Below the pieces are notes generated by a model. It did not search any database, was not told where the DNA came from, and worked only from the letters and a program-made list of their open reading frames with translations. A program made the translations under genes and the position numbers. A stretch of 58,064 bases of DNA, filler included, from Platydemus manokwari (Eukaryota): the NCBI GenBank assembly GCA_037951405.1. It is 4 parts of 4 records of this genome, joined end to end, with 100 filler letters (N's around TTAATTAATTAA, not from the genome) between each part and the next. Parts side by side here need not be neighbours in the genome. Positions count along the whole stretch, not along the records: positions 38,705 to 48,173 come from JBBMOY011244875.1; positions 48,274 to 58,064 come from JBBMOY011204210.1; 2 more parts are not named here. One strand, 5' to 3'. How positions within the stretch are numbered: the stretch's first letter is position 1; each line of letters starts with the position of its first letter. Shown here piece by piece: positions 45,407 to 58,064 of this stretch.

Positions 45407-48173
45407 AATCTAAAATTAAATAATAATATTTTAAAAAACGAACAATGGAATTATATTTTTTAAAATACTTATTCTACAATTTATTAAATATATAATTATC
45501 TAAAATAATGCCAATTTGTATGTGTACTTAAATTAAACAAAATACCTATTTCTTTATTTTTGGTTTAAAGTAGAATTAATTAGATTTTCAAAAACATTTG
45601 TTAAATCATGCATAATAAATGAATGAAGTACAATTCTTTGAAAACTTACTTCAAAAATAGTAATATAAATTTGAAATTGACCTCATAAATCTTAAACAGA
45701 AATTAGAATAAGATAATTCCATTATCCATTCTTTCCAAGTGATTTCTGAAATTGAAATTAGAAAATGCGTAAGTTTAAATCCTTAGATTAAAAACATTCA
45801 CAAAATGTTAAGTTTTTCGAACAAAAGTATTACAGCGATGAATGCAAACATGGTGATCACTGCATAATTATGAAATAGTTATCAAGAAAAACATTAATAA
45901 TATCCAAAAACTACATATTATGTTAATTTTTTATAAATGAGAAGCTAATCAATGAAATAATAATTGCATGTTTCTATTTTGCAAAGATTTAAGAAGTCTT
46001 GTAACAATAAATAATTGGCTCGCAAGCCGTTTCGTTTTAATGTAGGGATAGCAAAATCAAACACCCTTCATCTAAAACAAATATTGAGCAGTAAATATTT
46101 CCAGGTTGTTTTATATTTTAACTTAATTATTTCAAATATTTTTATGTATGATTGAAAAATATTTTTATATAAATCTATCTAATAGTTATTACTTGACTAA
46201 TAAAATAATGAAACCAGTTCCACATCCTTGTCAGAGTCTACACATAAATCGTTAGGTGGCTATTTTCTATCCAGTGTTCATGTGGTTCTTTAAATTAAAA
46301 GTAAAATAAAGAATTTTAAAGATACGAAATCATTAAATAATGTTATAAATATATTGAAATTTTAATACTTGGTGAAGACGATTCTGATGATATTAGCTTA
46401 AAAGTTGAAGCAGAAGATTTTATGAAGTGATTTTCTGAGAATAAGAAATAAATCTTTCAGCAACCTTCTACTTATATCTTGTCAGTTGAATCATTAGGGT
46501 ATATACAAACTAGAGATGGATTATAAATAGATTAAAATAGCACGAATAATGTGAAAAAGCAATTGAAGTTGTATCAAAAAGCAGTCTGTGCACAAATAAA
46601 AATGTACTAAGATTTATGCGTATATATAATGTAATAAATAGTGTAAATAGATGCGCACTAGAAAGCAGTAAATAAAAAAAAGTCGAAGTAAGGTTGGCAA
46701 GTATGTTTTCCAATCTCTTTGAACGATGTTTGAGAAAGATAAAGATTCGAATGATATGAAATAAAGGAGTTCTATGGCGAAAATCAATGTGATAAAAGGA
46801 ATTTCGCCGCTTTATCGACGAAGTTGGTATAATGAAGAAATTTTGAATATTTCAACCAGGAATAAAATCAGTTGATGTTGTTGAGAAAAGACGATTTAAA
46901 CATATTCGAATTATTATTGAGGAGCATAGTCGTTGGTCATAATATTTCATTGAGAAAATGTTACACGAAAATATTTCAGTTTTTATGGCTTCTTCTTTCA
47001 ATTAGAAACTAACAAACTTGATCAAGCATCTGATTTTAATTTAAAGAAAATAAATGACACAGGATCACTGACAGTAATTAATAATTTAAAGATCTAAATT
47101 AAAAATTTGACAAAGCATCTTTTAGAAAATATTGTTATTAGGCCTTATAGAAGTCTTGGAACTTCCTTTTAGTAATAGTTTCCACGAAAAGTGGATCAAT
47201 GAGGATATACTTAGACTTTCGATAAGTGAAAGATTTACAAATGCGTGTTATCTAAACGTTACTGGAGTCATCAAATGTCCCAAAAGTCTTTTATTAAGGT
47301 TCCATCAATGTGAATCACACTTAATCTAACAGATGAGTTGGTTTGATTTGTTTTTTGGTTAAAAGTATTTTCATGCCATGATGAATGATATTATAGTGTC
47401 CTAGTGATAGTTGTTTATTTAAGCTGATTATTCTGGGTTATAATTGTAAATCACAATTGTGCATATTAAAAAAAATCATCAATGTTTTATACTTAAAATT
47501 AAAATTAGTTGAAAACACTAACAATCAAAAAATATATCACAATGAGATGAGCACCCGAAAGACACAGAGTTTACCAACCAAGATATCTTTATATCATATA
47601 CTTCTCGAAAAGGTTCACATCAGTAGTCTAATTTATTTTTAATTTTTTAATAATGCAACAGTTATTTAATGCATATAACAATAGAACAATGAAGCGATCA
47701 CAAAAATTTGCTTCGGATGTAATGTTGCTGATTTTAAGATATGGAAGAATTTACACATAAATAGTGAATAAGAAAAATAATAGTGCCGGAGTTAATAATT
47801 TTGTCTCCAAATAATAATAGTCCAAAATTAGAGAAGCGGATATTGAAGTTTTTATGTGAATTTGTGGGAAACGGTTAAATTTAAAACAATTAAATTTAAA
47901 ATATGATTGAAGTTTCGTAGAATTTTTCTTGCAAGAATTTATCTTTTATATTTACTTTTTGGGCAATTTACTGTTTTTGGACAACTGTTTTTAAAACATT
48001 TCTTATTTTTACTTACCTTTGATTGGTTTGTGCTCATTCTTTTTTCGTTTAATACTTTTTTGTTTATTTATTGTTTATCTGCTGTTTTCAATATATATAT
48101 ATATTGGGTGTATAACCTTAAAATTTCGATTTGATAAAAGATGTCGCTGGGAGTATTGCTTGCATATAATGTC

Positions 48174-48273
48174 NNNNNNNNNNNNNNNNNNNNNNNNNNN
48201 NNNNNNNNNNNNNNNNNTTAATTAATTAANNNNNNNNNNNNNNNNNNNNNNNNNNNNNNNNNNNNNNNNNNNN
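48174..48273. other. Assembly gap with artificial linker
   Basis: N44-TTAATTAATTAA-N44. Confidence 0.97.
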
Positions 48274-51200
48274 ATTGATCATCTAGATTCTAGATTAAAC
48301 AATCTAAAGAAAATTTCTTATTGAATTTCCACCACTTGAATTGAATTTAAATTCTTTAGTTTTATTTTTCAAATGAAAACTATTACAAGTTTTCAAATTA
48401 CTTCATTGTATTTTTTAAAATTAAAATTATAGATATTAATTTTATTAATTTTCTTAATTGTTTGAAAAAATAAATAAATTTAATATCCATGTATTTTATT
48501 AGATATTTTTATTTGATTAAATAATTATTTTTTCTACGAAGAATTTCTACAGTTTGGAATAGTTTTAAAATTTAATTAAACTGAACCCTTAACAAACTAG
48601 AAACTGTGACCAGAGTTTTAAAATTTAGATACTCTAATCACAATTTGATGATCATCAGTATAATTAATTAATTTTCAAACATCACTGTAAATATTGTTAA
48701 AAATATTAATTAAAAAATGCGATATTATAAAAATTATAAAAATTAAATAACCGGAATCATGCTTATCTCGATATCTATATTATAATGTATATAATTTTTC
48801 AATTTATTACATTTAAAATTATTCTGATCAATACTGAAGTTATGTAAACTTCTCAATAAATTTGTTTGAATACTTTTATAACAAAATTATATTCTTTCCG
48901 GACTTAATTTCGTGAAAAATATTACCACTGCTAACAATAATAATTGGTACGTAAAATACAGAATAACGTTTGTCATTAAAAATTATATATTTAAATATGA
49001 AAACTAAATAACAAATTCACTTTAAAAAAAGAACATTAATTTTTCAATGATTGCTTCTATTTTCTTTTTAGGTTTATGAGATTTTCAATTTTTCATTATA
49101 AATATTTTTCGTACCTTATTTTCTATAGATAAACAGCCAAAATAATATACCACGATCGAACCAACGACCTTAAAATAATCACTCAAAAGCTTCTTTCAAC
49201 TGATCTACCGAGTTCCACTTTTAATTTTAAAATATATAATATAATTTCATATATAAATTTTTAAATCCTCATCATTTCGAAATATCATTTGTCTTGCTGT
49301 ATTATTTTGAAATGTACATCTAATAATAAAAATGATTGCCGCTCTTATTTTTTATTTAGACATGATCAACATTCTTGTTAGTGTTTCTACGATTTGAATT
49401 TTATCACACAACCAAATAGAATTTTTTAATGTTTTAAGCATTTCGTAATTTTAGTTTTCTTTCTCATGATCTTATAAACCTTTGTTATTTTCATTTCTTT
49501 TTTTAGATTTTCAAATTTGCATAATCTCTATTCTTAAGTAAATAATCTCTTCAATCCTCTTGATTAACTACTTTGTTTTTCTTTTTGGTTATAAACCTGT
49601 ATCAGTTCTCTCATCAAGTATTTCGTTTTTGTGGAATCTTTAACATTTCCAGTTTCAAGTGTTTCTGGACCGAAACAAAAAATTATTTTAAAATGTCATA
49701 GAAAAGAAAAGTTGTATTTTTTATGGTCATTACTCCTTTAAAGCCAAAGAAAGAGAGCAATTATAATTTAATTCTGTTCTTATTATTATTAACATAAATA
49801 AGTGTTTGATTATATATTTGATCGTACAGAATTTTCCAGCATAAATAACCTCAATGCTATGCTCACTGTTACATGCTGCAGAATTTTTATTCAAAACATT
49901 AATCGACTGTTTTATTTCTGAAATTAATCAAATCGATTTTTAACTGTATCAGAATCAATTTTAATTGAAAAGAGGTGTTTGAATTTTTTATATATTTTAC
50001 ATAAACTTTATATGAGTTAATGGAAACAAATTTTAATTAAGAGTTTTAAATCATTCATATTTTTAATTTAAATTTATTTATCATCTATTCTGACATTTCA
50101 CAGCCTGTGTTCGGTAATTGATTTTGAAAAACTTAAAAAGTATTTTAGAATTATATTGAACCAAATTAGTTGTGATCATTTACGATTAAATGGTTTTGAT
50201 TTTAATGAAATAAATTACTGCATTTGACACCTATAAAGAAAAATCAACGCTAGTAATGTTTTTTACAGTTCAATGTCAAGGAATTAATTAAAATGCTTTT
50301 ATTGAATATTTTGCATTTGGAATTTAATAGATAAAATTATTAAATTATTTTTTATTATGGTTATAATGATCTGTTGATTGAACCTTAGGCGATATATATA
50401 TACGTGTTTTTTTGATTTAGAGTTCACGAACTGTTCCGAAAGTTGCTAAAGAATTTTCATGAGCTAATATAATTATCTACATAGATATAAGATATGTGGT
50501 GATATACAATAATGGTTATTTATTCATTTCTCGACATTAAACACAATAGCAGCATCTTATTTTGTTCATTTATTTATTTCAGTTTAGTTTGATTTGAAAA
50601 TTCTTTTCTAAATATCGACATTAATTTAAATTTTTCTAACACAATATATTTTCTAAGCATGCACACAAGCTTTAAAACACACTCGACTAATTGTATGTCC
50701 AAAATTGTATCTGATATGATGAAATAAAAACCATTAACTACTAAATTTGTTGACATTACTAACACAATCGGATCAATTTTATTATCGTTTTAACTGCGGA
50801 TAATGTTACAACTAATTTTCATCTACCAAATACCTAATAAATGTCAACATTTTATTGCCGAATGTAAATTGTTTTAACAAGTGTTTCATGGAGATATTTT
50901 AAAAATATTTTAAATATTGAAATGTGTTTAATATGAAGAATTCACTGTTTGACGACAGTGATAAAAATATTAAATTTAATCAAATGCCATATGAGACAAG
51001 TATTTGATGATATTTAGGTTTAATTTTTTAATTCATTTGAATCTTTATTATGAAAAAATAAATGCAGTGATATTGATGTCTCCATACTTTGAAATGAACA
51101 AAATCATTGTATACAAGGAACACATAATTCCAGATAAAGTGCACAGTAACCAAAAGCTCATCAAATATGACCTGGAAAAGTAAATGAAGGGAATTTAACA

Positions 51201-53819
51201 TCATATTAGGCAGGAGGAATTATAATCCTTCATCTTTATCAATAAGCTTTGCAAATGAATAGACATGTTTACCATGATAATTTTAAAGTTTACTTTTTTT
51301 ATCACTTTCTGTTAAGTACCAGTGAGAAAAATCAAAAGCTTTGCAAACAATTACTTAATAATATATGGTTTATTGCGAGGATTAATTATATAAATTATTT
51401 ATATGACGGTTATCTAACTCAGTTAAATGAAACATTAGCGAGGAACATTTGTGCATAAGTATATAAAAGTGAAATTATATATCTCCTTATTCCTACAAGG
51501 AACTATAAGTTGCTCTTTCACACACACACACATATAAAGTGAAGTCTAATGAAAGATATTGTGTGTAGCTTTTATATTTTATAATTATTCCTGTATATAA
51601 TTATAATTTCTGGGAGAAAGCCCGATGCTTTGAAATTTCTGTTTTCCTGTTTATATATGTTTTTATAAATAACCATGTAGAATTAAAATGTTGGATAATA
51701 TAAATAGAAAATATTAATAGGAAATTAAGTCGATAAAATTCGCTAAATAGAGACTTAATAACCAATTATAAAAAAATATAAATAAAATGTTGAAATCCCA
51801 TCAAAATAAATCAATTGACACACAATAAAGTCAGGAGTATATAAGCAATCTGTACAATTTTGAGTTATAGTCAGGAACATTTAATTCAAGTAGATAAGAA
51901 AAAGATAGATATCACTTTAAAAACAAAATGTCGAGAAAGCTAGGAGGAAGTATTGACCGAATTTGATACTATTTTATGATTACGATTTTCTCAATAAGCA
52001 AAAATAAGTTTTTATTAATTAACAATAATTTGTTTTTTCTCAATTTTCCTATCACGAATTTTAGCTGCATTTACATCCTTTGTCGTGTTCCTAGCCACAT
52101 AAGGGTTTCATAATTTAATAATAGAAATAATAAAAGTATTCTAATAATATTTGTGTTTACTTTGGAACATTTTAGTTGATACAGTTCCAATGTGCATATT
52201 TAATGCCCATATAATATTTAGCTTACTGTCGATGATTTCCTCTTGCTCAACATAATTTTTATTTCAAGATCACTGACAGACTTTCTGAAAATATTGGTAT
52301 TACATTTGGCTTTCGAATGTTGTATTAATTCATATAAATTCATGTATCAGCACCATGTTAGGCCTTTTTTAGATCAACGCTACAAGTTGATGATTCATAT
52401 TTAAGTCCGTGTACCATGTACTTCGGACCTCAATAACCAAGAAACCCTAATCTATTCGTTCCTAAGGGAACAGTGATTTCACAATCTGTGTAAAACCAAA
52501 CCAATAAATCTTATTATTTACCAGGAAGCTTTTAAAGTAATAGTTTTGTAGATCTTCATATTTATCTTTATGTTTAACTCCGTGGGGTTCCCTAGTATCA
52601 TTATCATATAATTCTTCCAAAGTGATTTTACAAACCTTCTATAAAAAGTTAACGACTACTAACTCACTATTAAATTATTAATGCGAAGTTGAAATGCTTT
52701 GATAACACAAAGTTATCGTAACTATAAAGTCATCGTTTAACTATTAGTTTCTCATATACACACTATTGGTACTGGAATTCTTGAATAAAGTATTTAAATG
52801 GCAATTTATCAATTAAACCATCATAAATTTACATTATTCAGTGTCGATGGTAGCAATAATGTGTCTGAGCAAACATTCAATCGTTTAGGGATTTTTTGAC
52901 CATTATTAAGAATTTTATCTTCACTTATTTCAATATTTTTTACTTTAATTTCTTCTTTAAAGTTTTGAAAATTAGTTTTATCAATATCGCTTGAATTGGT
53001 AGAGATACATTATTCATTTATATAATTTCGATTTATCAGTTTTTCTAAAAATTTCAACTTAAAAAGTCAAAATTAAATTTTTATATATTTTTCTCAAAAT
53101 GCCATTTTCAACCGGATTTTTATGAAATTAGAAATACAACAGATGGTCACTAATTTTAGATAGATATTTTATCGATACCAGAACAAAACAAACCCACATA
53201 CTTCCTATTTTTGTTGTGTTCGAAATATGTATTCTGTAATATTCAAAATAGTTTTCATTCGAAAAATTAGTATATAAATTACTGCGAATATTTATTTAAT
53301 ATTGCCCATGTAGATTCCAAAAATAGTATATTCAGATTCAGGGTTACTGAATTCTTCCTGTTCCACAGATTATGGTATAATTATGTACGAATAAAATAGA
53401 TTTTTGAAGTTGCAAATAGAAGGAGTTGCAAAGTCAATATAAAATTTCCGAGAACCATAGATATATTTAATAATAATATTTTATTTTATAAGTAGTTTAA
53501 ACATGAAATATGAAAACTGACAAAATTATAAATTTCATACTTCTAGCGATAACGATATTGCTCTAAATGAAAGTCATTTTTTAAATCTTAAAACTATACT
53601 CGGGACTATAGTGTTAGCATTAATTTTTCTCTCAGTCAATAATCTTGAATTCTGTTCCAATTAAGAAGATTTTATGAGCGATTTAAAAAAAAAATTATGG
53701 ATTTATAAGTCTAAGTATATTTCCAGGTACAACTTTTATATATAATGTGGTTTATCTTACTAAATTTCTTATAATTTAGCTTTCATTACAAAAATTTATA
53801 AATAAACTTAAATTTATAA

Positions 53820-54850
53820 TAGAAATAATGAAAAAAATCACATTTTATTTTATAAAATTACACTTTTGCCTACTTTTTTTTTACCGAGTTAAACTTTATT
53901 CCAGAGTTTTTGTTAACATAACCGAATTATTGTTTATTATTATTCTAGATACGCACCACAACCGGGGTTAGTTATTAAGCATTTTGTTTAATAATATCTT
54001 TTTGTTGTTATTTTTCGAATGAATGATAAAGTAAACGTGTAGAATTCCTATTAATATTTGACTTTTTAAAAATTACAATTTCTAATTAGTGTTTGCATAA
54101 AGTTTATTCTATAGATTTTGTTAACAAAACTGATCTATCGTTTATTATTCTTATAGATACGGACCACAACCGGGGTTAGTGATTAAGAATTTTGTTTAAT
54201 AATGCCATTTTGTTCTTTATTTTTTGAATGAATGAAGAAGTAAAGCCGTACAAATTCATATTATTATATTGAAAATATTAATATATTAATTTTAAAAATT
54301 ATATTTCCAACTAGCTTTTTTCTAGGTTAAAGTTTATTCCAAAAATATTTTGTTAACTGAGCCGATTTATCGTTAATTATTTGTCCAGTTATAGAGCCCA
54401 CCGGAGTTAGTTATTGAGAATTTCATTTAATAACATGTTTCGTTGTCAATTTTCGAATGAATGGAGATAGGAAATGGTACGGTTGATTGATAATTAATTA
54501 AAAATCCAAACTGATTTATTGAAAAATTAACATTTTATTATATAAAATTGCAATTTTAACTAGTTTCGAATCAAGCTAAAGTTAAATTTTTAAAAGTTTT
54601 TGTTAATAAAACAATTTCATCTTTTATAATTCTTATAGTTATGGACCACAACCAGGGTTAGTCATTGAGAATTTTGTTTAAAATTGTTTTTTTTTGCTGT
54701 TATTTTTCGGATGAATGAAGTTATGTGGCAAAAATTCATACTGAAAAATAATGAAAAAATAATATTTTATTTTTAAAAATTAAAAATCTAACTAGGTTTA
54801 CACAACAGTTAAGGTTTATTCTAAAGGTTTTCGTTACTGGGGCTAGTTTA
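53820..54850 (+). repeat. Tandem ~210-250 bp intron-exon repeat, about 4.3 units
   Basis: Recurring blocks aa(g)tttattc..a..ttttgttaac, tag[exon]gttagt.att(a/g)ag.attttgtttaa and ttttcgaatgaatg, with exon starts at 53949, 54157, 54389 and 54639. Confidence 0.85.
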
Positions 54851-55158
54851 AGGTAATAATTGAAAACCCCTAATATGATAAGCATCAATAGGATCTCAAG
54901 ACAATTAAAGGTCACGGCTTATAATAAGCACATGTATGCATGAGTAAAAAGGTTTAATATTTTATTATTATTTTGAAAATAAATTATTATTAATTGTTTT
55001 ATTAAATTTTCAATATTAAATTCTTTGTACAAAGTTTTATAATTTTTTAACCTTATCTTTTGAATTCAGTTAATATTTAATGCCTTTGTTATTGTATTTT
55101 AATCAAGAGTTAATTATTTACATTTTTCTTCTAGATATGGACCTCCACCACCAGGGGG
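53949..55158 (+). CDS. Micro-exon array (partial gene) encoding Gly/Tyr/Pro/Gln-rich repeats
   Basis: AG|exon|GTTAGT units at 53949-53966 (ATACGCACCACAACCGGG), 54157-54174 (ATACGGACCACAACCGGG), 54639-54656 (TTATGGACCACAACCAGG) and 55135-55158 (ATATGGACCTCCACCACCAGGGGG). Spliced in phase 2 they read (G)YAPQP-GYGPQP-GYGPQP-GYGPPPPGG. Confidence 0.8.
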
Positions 55159-57399
55159 GTTAGTTAATGGGTTTTTATGTAATGCTTTTGTTAGATTTTG
55201 TAAAATTAATGATGAAATTTACAAATAATCGAAAAATTCAAATTTTCGAAGACCATCAAATGCATTATTGAAACAATGGCTAACGTGATCCGCATTAATT
55301 ACCAGAAGATATTTATTATTGTGCAAATCATGACTATATTATTAATAATACTCAACTAAAATATGGAGTTTTAAAATTGTTTCAAATTTTAAATTAATAA
55401 CACAGAACAAAATATAATTTTAACAAGTTAAAATAATGTTTTTATCTTCCAGGCCTTTCATAAATTTGATTTTGATCATAAAACTCTCGATTAATCTTCC
55501 TTTATTTACTCACTCAATTTAGATTTTCCTACGAATTCCATTCAGGAAGATACAACTGTAAAAAACCCTATTATATTTCAAAGACGACCTGAAGAAATTT
55601 CCACCTGGTCGTGAAGAACATTTTTATCTGAAATAAATATTAATTTTTTTAGTTTTTTTTACAATATTAGGTATTATTATGTAACTGAGAATCTTAACTC
55701 TGTGATTTGAACTTATGAAATATCATGTTACATATTATAAAATAATTGATCGCACACAATTACACTCATAAGCATTCACGACATTATACGCGTCGGATGT
55801 CGGGATTTCGTCCTTGTGTGAATTTACAAAATCAACAAATATACAACTAACTGAGCTAAGCCTTCTTTTGTTTGATCTTATTGTATGAACAATTAACGAA
55901 ATCATAAAAATGATGAGCTTCTTTCGATTTCAGAAACCAGATTGTATGTTTCTATTATCCGGATCGTAATAGTTGAATGTACTGACCATAAATAATAATT
56001 TAATATATAAATAAAATAAATATAAAACAACAGAAGTAAGGCGTTTATTGATCATTCAAACGAGACTTATAAAAATAATGCAAGAGTAAATAATATGATA
56101 AAAAAAGAGTTGTGTGATGCTTATTTATACGTCTAATGGTTTCGACAAGTTTTGAAGAGAAGAATACAGTAAACCACTTAATTATTGGTGGCCTCGGTAA
56201 TAGCAAGTTAGCACAATTCAAGAATTGGAGAAAGAAAGTTCATTAATTAAGAAATAAGAAATTATATAAACGTTCTCTGATTCTTGTATTAGCGATAAAC
56301 ATCAACAGGGTGCAGTTTAATCCGTTAACGATTGTATTTATTCAATAAATGCTTTTCAAACATGTTTTTTCTTCATAAATACATATTGATTTTAAAATTT
56401 GTTGTCGATTTCTGTTAAAACGTGTTTTATTTGAGCTAATTATGTAAATGACTTCAGATTATTCTTTATGGTTGCTATTTCAATGTTTATTTTCTTTATT
56501 CCAAATTAATGGAACACCATTGTGGCTAATATGTGGTTAATTCTCTGAATTCTATATTGTTGTTTAATTAATCCTAATCATTTTTATATTATTTATAATG
56601 ACTATCAGGAATTTAAAATTTGGTGCTTAGATATAATGTTGAATGTTTGTCCGCATTATATGCTATTTCTCTTTTATTTTTATTTATAAGTTATTTTTCA
56701 AACGTACGAATGCTAAATATCATTGTTTTTCACAAATATTTACTGCCGATTCTTCTATACAAGTTTCGACTACCAACTTCTTTTTATCTAATATTCAGTT
56801 TAGTATTGACTTAATTAATTTTCACTTTTTCATCAACATCATAAATATTGATAACTTTAAACTGAATAATAATAATTATTGTCTTTGAATGTTTGGGATC
56901 TGAACATTCGACTTTCATATCTTCAAGATGACATCCAATTTCATTATGAAAAATTGATTTAACTATCGAAAAACAAGATAAATTATTAAAATATTATTTA
57001 TTATAAATGTTATAAATATTTACTGAAATATCAATTCATTTTTTTCTTGGAAATGTCAATGGTTTTCAAATTGTTTGTTTACAATGTAGTTTTGTCTGCA
57101 AAATAATCTAGTTAAAATACATTCTATTTGTACAATAAAGCACAATCTTTTCAGATTTACTTTTTTTAACTTTAAACTCGAAAATTTCAATAGGCGAGAA
57201 ATTTTGAAATTTATCAGGACTTTTATATATGGAATATTTAAATAATAATACAAATATATGTAAAATCATTAAATCCGCAGATAAACAATTTACCACTCCT
57301 ACTCTTAAGCTATTTATAAGATTTTTACTGAATGAAAAATGATTTTTCAACTGTGTGCTCTACCATATGGTGTAAATGATTTTCAATTTTATAACCATA

Positions 57400-57830
57400 A
57401 TATGTCTTCATAGGTTGGACATTAATAACCAAAAATGATTTTAGGGAGATCAAACAGAAAAAGTGAAATAATTGTGAAGCGATTGATGTTAAACATTGAT
57501 TTCAGAAATATTTCAGGGCGTTTTCAATCAACTCTACTTTTAATTTATCTGGTTTAACAAATAAAACTACTAATTTTCGAAATTCTTTGAAGGATAGATA
57601 TGATATTATATTTGACAAGGCTAAAAACAAATAACTGGTTGCTTGGGAAGTCTTGAAAAATTTATATTTGCTTGAACAAATTTAAGTTGATGGAAAATTA
57701 AAGCCAGAAAAATAGTGGATTTATATAATTTAGCTTCTAATTTGTTGAATAGATCATGGATATTTCAATAAACTTTTAATATAACGTGTGAAAGATGTTA
57801 GGTATCTAGAAGACACCTATGTATCTTGAA
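57400..57830 (+). mobile_element. P-element/THAP9-like transposase remnant
   Basis: Degenerate NFRNSLKDRYD, AWEVLKNLYLLEQ and RVKDV segments in the expected order, with stops. Confidence 0.4.
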
Positions 57831-58064
57831 GAGTAGTTAGGCGAGTTTTCTGGAACAGGCGCAGAAATATGAATAATTGAATAAACGTGAGGGGATTATA
57901 AAAAGAAAAAATGAAAATATTACATAAACAGAATACATTACTGGTGGTTATATCTGTACCTTCGAGACACAAAGAGCAACGGCTAATAAAGCATATGAAA
58001 TAATCGTAGTCGATACATCTAAACTCAATCCTAAACATGAAAATAAAATAGTCTAATTTTTTAT

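Noticed and set aside
51950-52900. Possible hAT transposase fragments (TRWNS-like and dimerisation-like)
   Set aside because: The motifs are very degenerate and in inconsistent order, too weak to call.
53820-54850. CRISPR-like or plain satellite interpretation of the regularly spaced repeat
   Set aside because: The context is eukaryotic, the 'spacers' are homologous to each other, and the conserved cores are bounded by AG/GT splice sites.

Overview
Very AT-rich, transposon-littered animal DNA with short (40-60 nt) GT-AG introns. The style suggests a flatworm, probably a planarian, but that is inference. It comprises four contigs joined by artificial N44-TTAATTAATTAA-N44 spacers. Host genes, all on the minus strand: an ETS-domain transcription factor, the PH-ArfGAP-ankyrin half of an AGAP/centaurin-gamma gene, the N-terminal half of glutamate dehydrogenase, and an intronless mitochondrial-type poly(A) polymerase. 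Mobile-element relics include mariner, Tc1-like, Merlin, an RLE-type non-LTR element, Penelope, LINE, solo-LTR-like copies and a P-like fragment. Three things stand out, none explained by the ORF track. (1) A tandem array of 18-24 nt symmetric (phase 2-2) micro-exons at 53.9-55.2 kb encodes Gly-Tyr-x-Pro-Gln-Pro repeats, a micro-exon-gene-like module built by duplicating a ~210-250 bp intron-exon unit. (2) A decayed endogenous CRESS-DNA-virus-like Rep (HUH endonuclease plus SF3 helicase) at ~30.3-31.5 kb appears to carry an intron. (3) A half GDH gene sits directly upstream of a half AGAP gene, with frame-compatible splice phases.
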